Source: Pecten maximus (taxonomy: Eukaryota). From it: a DNA stretch of 64,000 nucleotides. A program made the position numbers and the translations under genes. Of the stretch, positions 1-11,500 are shown one piece after another (the first letter of the stretch is position 1; every line of letters begins with the position of its first letter). The stretch is taken from positions 27,404,001 through 27,468,000 of the forward strand of contig NC_047022.1 in NCBI RefSeq assembly GCF_902652985.1. Reading direction: 5' to 3'. The notes under the pieces were generated by a model that ran no database searches, was not told where the DNA came from, and saw nothing but the letters and a program-made list of their open reading frames with translations.

Positions 1-44
1 TCCGGTACTTGTGCTAGGACGGTACCCATATTCTGACATCTTGA
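1..44 (-). CDS. C-type lectin exon 3 (partial)
   Basis: Acceptor ccttatag, phase 0, SRCQNMGTVLAQVP continues the CTLD helix 1 motif. Confidence 0.8.
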
Positions 45-2225
45 CTATAAGGATACAAAGGGTATAAAAAACCTTCGTCCGTCATACAGCATATATCTTA
101 TCCTCATGTTCCTCACTTCAAATGTCCGTCCGTCATCAAACATATAATTTATCCACGTATTCTTTATTTCAAATTTCCGTCCGTCACCCAACTATACATT
201 ATCCACAGATTCCTCATTATTGTCCGTTCGTCATCAAACATATACATTTTCCTCGTGTTCCTCACCTCAAATATCCGTCCGTTAGTCAACATATACATTA
301 TCCACATATTCAACACTTCAAATATCTGTCCGTCATCCAACATATACATTATCCACATATTCAACACTTCAAATATCTGTCCGTCATCCAACATATACAT
401 TATCCACATATTCAACACTTCAAATATCTGTCCCATCCAACATATACATTATCCACATATTCAACACTTCAAATATCTGTCCGTCATCCAACATATACAT
501 TATCCTCGTGTTCCTCACCTCAGATATCTGTCCGTCATCCAACATATACATTATCCACATATTCCTCACCTTAAACAACAGTCCGTCAGTCAACAGTTCC
601 GTAAACGAAAAACAGACCTAGGAACCAGTTCCGAGTTCCTTTTAAGAAAAATAAATAGTAGTTCCGTTTTTTCTTAAACGGTTCCTAGTTCCGTTTACTT
701 AAACGGAAGTCGGAACTCGGAACTCGGAACCAACTTCAGGCTCCCCCGTCGCCCAACATATACATTATCAACATATTCATCATTTCAAAAAACCTTACTT
801 ATTTTATAGCAATTTCAAAACAACAAGTCTTCTACCAAAACAACAATATTCCTGATACCACGCTCAAAACTTCATACACATGTCTCTTTATATCTAATAA
901 TCAAAAGAACGTAATGATAACTGTCTGCTGAATAATATTCATTATTTTACGGGACTAATGTTTCATATTTTACTTTATATAAAAGTGAATTCAAAGTATT
1001 GTCACAATAAAGTTGTAACTGTAATACTTACATGAGCAATATTCCAGCTTATTTCTCTTTCGTGGAAGATCTTGAAGCACGGGCCACCGTGGCGAAAGGA
1101 ATGCCATCCACCTGTGCATGCGCCGCAAACTGAAGAAACAAGCATATTGTGCCAGAGGACATCCTCTCTTAATTAAGGGGAGGGAATGTTTCAAGTCCAG
1201 TTCATACTGCCTACCAACCGTATGGAACCTGACATCCCTTTTCTCAAACCAGTCATTAGGGTTTAGGTAAAAGAGTGCTCAACTCTAATTTAAATATTTT
1301 ACCCTTCATGGTATTGTACAAACGACAATCAAAGACTTGACACGTCTCAAAAACTAACTGAGAGTAAGTTTCAGCAGAGCCAAAATGAATTCAACTCCAT
1401 CACACAATTGTGCCGTCCTTCTAGGAATTGTCAGTCGTGATATGGGCCTAAAGTGATGCAAATTCGCTAGCTTATGGTGTGTTCAATACGATATTCTATG
1501 GAACACCATTGACTAGCAAAGTTGGAAGTGTTGATGCCTAAGAGGCGACCAAAGTAATCGAAATTGGTCGAAGGAAATGACCCGAGACTACTATATGATC
1601 AATTCTTTTGGCCGCGTATGTTTTTCATTGCACGTCTGAAAACAATATTTAATAATAGTAATGTGGTTGGTTTTTGGTTCAACATCATATTCACAAAGAC
1701 TATAAAGGACCGACTCAAAAATTCTTAATTCAGCATTGACCAATCAAATACAACACTCCTACTGTCGACACTAAGATTAACCGAAATGGGAATCATGTTC
1801 GTACAAATATATGTAATTGTCCAAGGCTTAATTCAAAACGTCTTGATAGAAATTCGATGAAAACATAATGAAATACAATTTCATGGTCGGACTGAACTCT
1901 TAGGGTAATGCCTTCCTAGGGAAAGTTTAAGTTAAGACATTTCCGTAAATAAATGAACGATAAAACCGAAACCCGATTCCCATATATCCTCTAATTTCAA
2001 TGCGAGGTGAGAGGGTGGGGGTATGTACCTTTGTAGGATCACGTGTACATCTATTGACCAATCATGCAAATTCTTTAAGATATGATATTTCTAGTTTCAT
2101 TTTCAGCATATTAATATATGATGGTGAATCGATGAATACATATCGGTGATACCAAACCGATAAGTTAACAAATAATGTTTACCGTTAAGAAGAAGAGGAA
2201 AGAGGATAAGCGCAAGTCCATGCAT
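1..2225 (-). CDS. Secreted C-type lectin domain protein, 5' part (continues beyond the window start); exons 2183-2225, 1032-1129, <1-44
   Basis: Manual splicing gives MHGLALILFPLLLN-VCGACTGGWHSFRHGGPCFKIFHEREISWNIAH-SRCQNMGTVLAQVP: a hydrophobic signal peptide, then the long-form CTLD N-terminus (CxxGW...C(F/Y)...W..A...C...G..LA). All junctions are GT-AG and phases match (1, 0). Confidence 0.85.
77..575. repeat. 51-bp minisatellite in lectin intron 2
   Basis: Unit acatatacattatccacatattcaacacttcaaatatctgtccgtcatcca, about 10 copies with degenerate edges; one more unit near 746-790. Confidence 0.9.
1032..1129 (-). CDS. C-type lectin exon 2
   Basis: Acceptor tgtttcttcag, donor GTAAGT, 98 nt, CGACTGGWHSFRHGGPCFKIFHEREISWNIAH. 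Confidence 0.85.
2183..2225 (-). CDS. C-type lectin exon 1 (signal peptide MHGLALILFPLLLN)
   Basis: ATG at 2225, 43 nt, donor G|GTAAAC; phase 1 matches the next exon. Confidence 0.75.
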
Positions 2226-2489
2226 GATTCTAACAGGTAGGCCTACAGTATCTGTGTGTTTGATAGAATAGTATACAGTATGCACGTATCGGCTTATCTT
2301 GCACAGGTCACACTGAAGTCAGTGTCAGGACATCTGACGAAAGATAAAGAAAATATTTTTATCTATAGAAATGCCATCTGTTTATTTGTGTCAGACCAAG
2401 TTAAGTGAAAAAGTGCAAGCGAACTACGAAAACGACATATGTATCCCCAATTCTAATATTGTAAGGGTCCATTTCATCTCCAAACCACT

Positions 2490-2955
2490 CGATTTCCTAC
2501 CCCGCTTGCAATGTATATCCCCCCACTCACTACATTTCTCTACCACGCACAATATATATCCCCACCGATATTATCTTTCTCCAGTCATTTCCCTTGCCTA
2601 CTATATATTTTGTCCTGCCAACAATACATTCCCCCATCTACGGTATATTTCCCCCATATTTGTATTTCCAACACCCACAAATTGTTTCCCCGCCCACGTT
2701 ACATTTCAACTACCGCACAATATATTCCCCTACCAACATTATATCCCCTTTAAAGTATTTGCCCTGACAACTAAATATTTTCCACACGAGTAATGTATTT
2801 CCCACACTCACTAGATATTTCCCTTGCCAACAATATATTTTCCCCATCCAACATTATTTTCACAAAGACAATGCATTTTCACGAGTAAAGATCACTGGAT
2901 ATTTCACTTGCCAACAATATACATTCACCATCCACAATATTTATCCCACCCTACA
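2490..2955. repeat. Degenerate short tandem repeat (caatatatttcccc-like, about 20-bp period)
   Basis: Recurring aatatat(t)tcccc motifs. Confidence 0.55.
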
Positions 2956-2994
2956 TACTTATTATTACAGTGTATTATATATATTGCCTATAAA

Positions 2995-3665
2995 AACAAG
3001 CATAACATTGCAGAGCACTGCTAAAGCAATACCTGTCCCTTGTCAGACCCTAAGCTATTACACTGTAATGATTTATAAAGATGTGCATACAATTAGCTTA
3101 TAACTGCAACGTAATATTACAAGAAAAAGTAATATTTACGTTATGACAGAAGAATTATATAAAGCAAAAGTGGGATCTTCTAAAAATATAACGATGACAT
3201 TGACTTTAAAACACTGAAAACTCAAACTCGTTCAAGATGTTAAAATAGTCCGTTATCAGTCTGGTAAGTTTGATCACGATCTATACGTAACCGCTAGAGT
3301 GCAGATAAACACAGGTGTTGTACGCATAAACAGACGAGAAGGAAACATATTCCACACTGGTTTAACCAATTGGGGACTAATAACACCAGAAATGGTTTTA
3401 TTAGCATTTTAACTAAGGAATTATAAAGAAAAGATATATCGTGATCTTTACCTAACAACATTAACACATAAGTGCCCAAGTTTGATCACGATCCCGCAAG
3501 ATATGAAGTAACTAGAGCACTCACAATGATTTTTAAAAATAGTATTGAAGACCTTGACGCATTATGGTTCTTAATTACTGTGTGGAATCTCTCTTGGTTA
3601 TTGTTCAAAGTTTGATCCAAATCACTCCCGGAACGAAGCTGTTAGACCCCTAAAAAAATTTGATG
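2995..3665 (+). mobile_element. Degenerate non-autonomous interspersed element (Helentron/HINE-like, as common in bivalves)
   Basis: AACAAG head and a repeated internal core aagtttgatc at about 3267, 3478 and 3608. The family assignment is from recall only. Confidence 0.35.
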
Positions 3666-3672
3666 CTGCATA

Positions 3673-4668
3673 CTAGAGCTGATTGATATGATGTGAGCCA
3701 TATATTGAAGGATTTGAATTTTGCCGGACATATTGTATTATTTTTCAACAGAATCCCCTTCAGTGTCTATACACTTTTGCCACCGGTGTTTAAGGGTCTG
3801 AATGCCACTTTTATAGACCTCCTTTTCTTAGGTGTTTAGAAAGTCATCCACTGCATGTATGACGTCATCATCGGACTGAAAGTGGGTGCCTGAAACCCGA
3901 TGCCATAACCTTTCCAGCTGATGGAACAGTCTTTGCCTTCTTTGGCGGGGGAGAGCCAGGGTGCTTCCATTGTTTCGATTGTTGCTTGGCCTCTGGGGTA
4001 AAATGATGGACCCATGTTTCAATCATAGTGACAAATCTCTGAAGAAAATTGGCAGGATCTAACCAAAAAGGTTAAGATTAGCACGCGATAATGTGCGCCT
4101 GGTGTGCTTCTGATCAACTGTCAGAAGTCTTGATACCCGTCAGGCCGAAAGCTTTCTCATTACAAAATCCTCGGTCAGAATGTAATTTACTCTTTCTTGT
4201 AAAATGCCAACTCTTCTGGCTATGTATCTTTCTGTGACTCGTCTGTCAGTCCTAACAATATCATGAACTTTATTGACACTTTCTGGGGTTGGAACATTGA
4301 CAGGCCTCCCAGGACGGGGTCATTCTCAAGGCTCTGTCGGCCGCGCTTACATTCCACCACCCACCTTTTGATTGTAGCATATGAAGAGGCATTTCCCCCT
4401 AGTACTGCTACCATATCATTATGGATATCGTTAGGTGTTAAACCTTTTTCATGCAAATATTGGATAACTGCTCTTTCACCGATTTTGTCCATTTTGCAAA
4501 AGCTGCTTGTCTTCTTTACTTTAGAGTGCTAACTCGTCGATATAACCTTACCAAATGACACTAGTCTTGGGTACACAGCCTGTTTAGTCAGAGAATAGTA
4601 GGACTTAAAAAGAATATCCTTGAGTACCTCCTTCAATACGAGGCTCACAACATATCAACCAATCCTGG
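3673..4668 (-). mobile_element. Defective mariner (Tc1/mariner) transposon, internally deleted
   Basis: Imperfect ~40-bp TIRs (ctagagctgattgatatgatgtgagccatatattgaagga vs revcomp ccaggattggttgatatgttgtgagcctcgtattgaagga) flanked by TA on both sides. Transposase pieces: HTH N-terminus (4492, RAVIQYLHEKG..SYATIKRWV), VSRLLTVDQK, FVTMIETWVHHF, C-terminal GTHFQSDDDV..HRWQKCID. Frameshifts and stops present. Confidence 0.9.
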
Positions 4669-5796
4669 TACGTACACACGCACCCACTAAAGTCGCAATG
4701 AAGTTTCAGTTAAATGTTTTTAATAACATTTCCATCTCTTATAAAACAACGAAAGAAATAAATACGGGCAGAAGTTAAATAAACTAAAAAAAAACTCTCT
4801 AACTTCCTCGACGGAAACTTTCAACACTCTTTTCTCTTGGAACGGAGACTTTGAAATAAAATTCGTGAACAAAAGCTAGAGGGAAATGGATTTAATCATG
4901 AATCAAGTCACAAGTGTCATCGTTTGGACTGTTCTTGTCTAAATGTGTTGTAAAACACACTTGAAATAACTGTCGTTATTATAAAAGACATGTTTGTTTA
5001 TTACGTCATACTGTGGAAACATGTCCACTGAATTCGAAAACTGACTGAAGCGGTCGACATGGAAAAATACACAGCGTTCTGATTTTTGTTGTTGAAGATA
5101 TTGCTGCTATAAATTGCGTTACATGTACATCAGCACCTGGTCGCATTCACGATATTGTTGGTCGACTACACTGTTTAGAGTAATAAGAATCGTGTCAGCT
5201 TGGTGACAATGCCTACGTTATTTCAGATGCTGGGCCTATTGAAACTATACCACAAATTCCGACAATCAGAAGGACCATGGCGGACGTTGAGTCATTAAAA
5301 ACATTCAAATCAAACAAATTTATTCTATTCTATTCAAAAAGTGATAAGATATGGTAATTTAATCGGAATAAACAAATATGGTTTCTATCACTTCTCGTTC
5401 AAACTAGAGCAAAATGCGATTTCGTATTGTTTATTTACATCAACGTTCGTGTTTGTACTCATTCCGGTTCAAAGTTCTAATAATACGTTTATATTGATAC
5501 TGCTGCACAAATGTAAAGATATACTTTGAAACGCTAAAATCATCACAATTTGTTGTAATCGTATATTAAACATATTAACAAATACAGGATGTAATTGATC
5601 TCGCACTAACTTAAACGCTTCTCGTGTTGACGTGAACGAAAACAATTGATGTTCCGTCCATGATTGCTTATGGTATCACGTATTTATGAATACTTTTATC
5701 ACGATTGTAGTAACCATAATATCAAACAAAAACACAAGGAAACGCGTCAAAGTAAAGGATCTAGTAGTATACAGGTTATTCACAATGCTTATTTAT

Positions 5797-7472
5797 AGGG
5801 GCTGTCCTAATTACCTATACACCCTAGGCTTTAATGTTATAACCAGTGTGTTTGGTAGGTAGGGGCTGTCCTAATTACCTATACTCGCTAGGCTTTAATG
5901 TTATAACCAGTGTGTTTGGTAGGTAGGGCTGTCCTAATTACCTATACACCCTAGGCTTTAATGTTATAACCAGTGTGTTTGGTAGGTAGGGCTGTCCTAA
6001 TTACCTACTCGCTAGACTTTGTTATTACCAGTGTGTTTGGTAGGTAGGGGCTGTCCTAATCACCTATACTCGCTAGGCTTTAATGTTATAACCAGTGTGT
6101 TTGGTAGGTAGGGGCTGTCCTAATCACCTATACTGGCTAGACTTTAATGTTATAACAGTGTGTTTGGTAGGTAGGGGCTGTCCTAATCACCTACTCGCTA
6201 GACTTTAATGTTATAACCAGTGAGTTTGGTAGGTAGGGGCTGTCCTAATCACCTACTCGCTAGGCTTTAATGTTATAACCAGTGTGTTTGGTAGGTAGGG
6301 GCCGTCCTAATCACCTATACTAGCTAGACTTTAATGTTATAACCAGTGTGTTTGGTAGGTAGGGGCTGTCCTAATCACCTACTCGCTAGGCTTTAATGTT
6401 ATAACCAGTGTGTTTGGTAGGTAGGGGCTGTCCTAATCACCTACTCGCTAGACTTTAATGTTATAACAGTGTGTTTGGTAGGTAGGGGCTGTCCTAATCA
6501 CCTACTCGCTAGGCTTTAATATTATAACCAGTGTGTTTGGTAGGTAGGGGCTGTCCTAATCACCTACTCGCTAGACTTTAATGTTATAACCAGTGAGTTT
6601 GGTAGGTAGGGGCTATCCTAATCACCTATACTCGCTAGGCTTTAATGTTATAACCAGTGGGTTGGGTAGGTAGGGGCTGTCCTAATCACCTACTCGCTAG
6701 CTAGGGTTTAACGTTATAACCAGTGTGTTTGGTAGGTAGGGGCTATCCTAATCACCTATACTCGCTAGGCTTTAATGTTATAACCAGTGGGTTTGGTAGG
6801 TAGGGGCTGTCCTAATCACCTACTCGCTAGACTTTAATGTTATAACCAGTGGGTTTGGTAGGTAGGGGCTGTCCTAATCACCTATACTCGCTAGGCTTTA
6901 ATGTTATAACCAGTGTGTTTGGTAGGTAGAGGCTGTCCTAATCACCTATACTCGCTAGGTTTTAATGTTATAACCAGTGTGTTTGGTAGGTATAGGGACT
7001 GTCCTAATCACCTACTCGCTAGGCTTTAATGTTATAACCAGTGGGTTTGGTAGGTATAGGGACTGTCCTAATCACCTATACTCGCTAGGCTTTAATGTTA
7101 TAACCAGTGGGTTTGGTAGGTATAGGGACTGTCCTAATCACCTACTCGCTAGACTTTAATGTTAATGTTATAACCAGTGGGTTTGGTAGGTATAGGGACT
7201 GTCCTAATCACCTATACTCGCTAGGCTTTAATGTTATAACCAGTGGGTTTGGTAGGTAGGGGCTGTCCTAATCACATATACTCGCTAGGCTTTAATGTTA
7301 TAACCAGTGGGTTTGGTAGGTATAGGGACTGTCCTAATCACCTATACTCGCTAGACTTTAATGTTATAACCAGTGGGTTGGGTAGTTAGGGCTGTCGTAA
7401 TCACCTATACTCGCTAGACTTTAATGTTATAACCAGTGGGTTGGGTAGTAAGGGCTGTCGTAATCACCTACC
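5797..7472. repeat. 62-64-bp minisatellite, about 26 copies
   Basis: Unit taggggctgtcctaatcacct(at)actcgctaggctttaatgttataaccagtgtgtttggtagg. Confidence 0.95.
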
Positions 7473-8486
7473 TATTAAATTGATCTACATTCTACTACTG
7501 ACGGTGATGTTCAACCTCTTGTGAAATGCCATGTAAGCAGCTCTAACGTTATCTTCAAGCTTATATTTTATGATTATGCTGTTTATATACTATCTTAATT
7601 TGTATTAAGGTGCATTTTAATAGTGATTTTGTTGCATCCTTCTGCTTTTATTCCTGTATATTTTTTATTATATACATGTACCTTTGTTTGTCGTATTATC
7701 AGCCACACCGAGGCAATGTTTACATGCTATTCCACATACGATATCAAACAATCAATAGTGTACACACTACCCTACTCATCAATCCATATCACGATTTGTT
7801 TCTTTTTGTTTCCCTTTCGTTTTCCTTTTGTTTTCCTTTTCCAAATACAGGGAAATACGGGTCCTAACAGTGTATACTTCAATATTTCAGTGTCTCGCCC
7901 CTATATCAAATTGATAGCGTGATTGCGATAAAACATTCCCGTGAAGGGATACTTTGGAGGATTGTTATAGAAAAAACAACGATATAAATTGTACATACGA
8001 TAAATTATAGAAACGGCAGAATTAAATTAATCGTGTTTATCGCCTTGGATATACAATGTATGTTGTCACGGTTATATGCAGAAATTGGATTATATACATC
8101 CCATTTACAGTTTTACATTTTCCCTAAAATAGTTATTATTACAAATGCATGTATAAAATCAATGTATTCTATTATAATATTAAAAAGGCATTAAAACCAT
8201 ATTTACAAAGTACACATACATTTAAATAATTCTTGATAATGAAAAAGTGAGATGCCTTTCAACATTTATACATATAATTATTTCTGAGAAAACACTAGAA
8301 ACTACAATCAATCCTCCAATGGTTTTTCAAAGATAATTTTAATTAAAAAAACAATGTCCTTATTAGAGAGCCTATACACCTCATCCTCGTTCACTTCGTT
8401 GTTCTTTGTTAAAGCTTATAGAAACAGTCGATGTAGTATCCTCGTCCAACTGTATACTCTGATGTGCTGTGACCAGGCTGGAGGGT

Positions 8487-8599
8487 CTATATGGTATAAG
8501 GCACAGGGAGTGTGACGCTCGCCAGTCTCTCTTTGTATACAGCGTTAAACACTTCACTCTGGGCTACAGTAAACCAGTTTTTCCAGTCTCCAACAATAC
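8487..8599 (-). CDS. SULT coding exon 5 (stop)
   Basis: GIVGDWKNWFTVAQSEVFNAVYKERLASVTLPVPYTI*, 113 nt. Confidence 0.92.
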
Positions 8600-11500
8600 C
8601 TGTAAATATATCATATCATTCATTATCAAACAAATATAGTATTTAACACATAGGCCCTTCACTACGAAGGTAACTAATGATAGACATGCACTAATATGTT
8701 ATAGGGCGGACACTTACGTACAGCATGTTACACACACTCATCATACGGCTATTTTATACATAAATGGTTAAGCGTTACATAGAAAGCCTCAATTTCTACA
8801 TATAATGAAATCATTTAGGGAGCACTTTAAATATTGACGTGTAAAGACCGTCTGACCTCTTACAATAACGACAGTATTACGGGGACGTACCTTTCCTATA
8901 CATGCCCGGTTTGTCGTCTTTCCATTCTGCTGTATCCTCCAAAGGGTCCTTCTCCTTCTTCATCTTCTGGAAGTTGCATTGTTTGGCGATCTCTTTGTAC
9001 AATGTCTCCGTGCCTTCAGTCTTTAAGAATGATGCAAGTCTGCTTACCTCGTTCACACTGTCCTATGATAGAAAATGAGTTGCCGAGTCATCCCCTGACA
9101 TAAGTCAGAATGAATCCATGTAAGGTTATACTGTAGACGTACATATTTTAGCGGTTGTAATATTTTAGCGCTTATTGAAGTTTTTTTATAATTGTTTTTC
9201 ATAGCAATTATCATAAGTGCGCCAATTCACCATAGCGCTAACCTGTTAAAATTCAGTTATCCGCTAAAATTTTTGTACGCCAAAATAATTACATTGCTTA
9301 TTTATTTTTTTCACATTTTTCGTTCTCGCAACAGCTAAGATAAGGCGTTATGAAAGTGGTCTTTCCCACGGATGATCGGGCCACCGATGAACTGCTTACA
9401 TTAAAGCTGTATAATAAACGTGACGATTTCATGTTATTACTTTCATTTCTACATATTAACATTCCTGTTTCCCTACCTACGAAATGTTAACATATCATTA
9501 GACAATCAAGTATAGTTCCCTTTATCGCGATTACCGTGACGTATGTCGAATACTGACTGCTTAGCAACACAAGGTCTCGAGAGATGCAGTGTGAAGAAGA
9601 CCATGGGTAATTTTTATTGTTGATATCAACTTTGGAATTTTCTTTTCCATTCCCTTGTACGAAGTCAAGCGTGTCTGGTGCTTGTTGATATGCCTCGTGG
9701 CCGCGATGTCCACCCAAGTACTGAATGAAGGTAATAAATTATAGGCACGAAATTATTTAATATTTTAACAGTATTGAAGTCATATGATTAGTACTAGTGG
9801 ATTAACGAATGCTTATAGTTCATGTTATCTTGTTTGATGATTTATGAACGCAGATGTAGCAATCCCTTTTTTCAGGATTTCATTATGTGCGTCCAGAAAA
9901 AAAGTATCCCTCTGTAGTGCAGTCAAAACTTTGAAGAGGGGCGAGGTTTACGATTGTGTGACGATGTTTACGGGGAGGTAACTCCAGCTCAGTGTTAGAC
10001 ATACGTCATATTAACGGCTCAATTTATAAAAGAAACTTCTTTATCTGGGGCACATATTTCTGAAAGTAAGCAAAGGATTTGGTTATGTTGGTTTTAATGG
10101 TATTTTGTGTATTTATTACCTTCTGGAGGTCCTCATAAGTGACAACATGTGCTGGATTCTGCTGGTTTCTGTTCATAGACGCCTCCCAGTCCACTACATA
10201 GTCAAACCAGGAACCGTAGTCAACTAGGGACAAACAGAGTTACATTATCACAATGTCAACTAGGAACTGTAGTCAACTAGGAACAAACAGGGCTACATTA
10301 TCACAATGTCAAACCAGGAACCGTAGTCAACTAGGGACAAACAGGGCTACATTATCACAATGTCAAACCAGGAACCGTGGTCAACTACTGAACTAGGGAC
10401 AAACAAGGCTACATTATCACAATGTCAAACCGGGTACCGTAGTCAACTAGGGACAAACAGAGCTACATTATCACCGTGTCAAACCAGGAACCGTAGTCAA
10501 CTAGGGACAAACAGAGCTACATTATCACAATGCCAAACCGGGTACCATAGTCAACTACTGAACTAGGGACAAACAAGGCTACATTATCACAATGTCAAAC
10601 CAGGAACCGTAGTCAACTAGGGACAAACAGAGCTACATTATCACAATGCCAAACCGGGTACCATAGTCAACTACTGAACTAGGGACAAACAAGGCTACAT
10701 TATCACAATGCCAAACCGGGTACCGTAGTCTACTGGAACGTAGTCAACTAGGGACAAACAGGGCTACATTATCACAATGTCAAACCGGGTAACGTAGTCA
10801 ACTAGGGACAAACAAGGCTACATTATCACAATGTCAAACCGGATACCTTAGTCAACTAGGGACAAAGAAGGCTACATTATCACAATGTCAAACCGGGTAC
10901 CGTAGTCAACTAGGGACAAACAGGGCTACATTATCACAATGTCAAACCAGGAACCGTAGTCAACTAGGGACAAACAAGGCTACATTATCACAATGTCAAA
11001 CCAGGAACCGTAGTCAACTAGGGACAAACAGGGCTACATTATCACAATGTCAAACCAGGAGCCGTTGTCAACCTTGGATAAACATGCCCACATTCATGTC
11101 CGAGATATAAATTGTTTTCTCATAATGAAATACTCGTAACAAAAACTTAACCATCAATGTTCTTTGGAATTTAAACATTTTACCCGACGAAGCCTTGGGA
11201 ATTTATCTAAAATTTTAACGTTGAATTATACCATAATCATCGTTTCCAATGAAAATTCCAGTTAATCACAAACAATATGATATTACATGTCAACAATTAA
11301 TATTCATTCTACCTCGCCGAAAACACTGGTCACTTCAGTGGTTTGCCAGGTGGCATTTGATTTGGTTAAAGATAATGGAATTACAAAATTGTAGGAAATT
11401 AAAACAGATTCGTTATAATTAACGTAATTGATGTGTTGTAATTATCAATTAAGTTTAATATGATAACGGAAATTCATAATGTTGTAAAAACTGTTCTAAC

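Noticed and set aside
122-677. His/Ile-rich repetitive ORFs
   Set aside because: Translations of the 51-bp intronic minisatellite.
991-1194. 67-aa ORF MKHSLPL...
   Set aside because: Wrong frame; the real coding exon here is the lectin exon 1032-1129.
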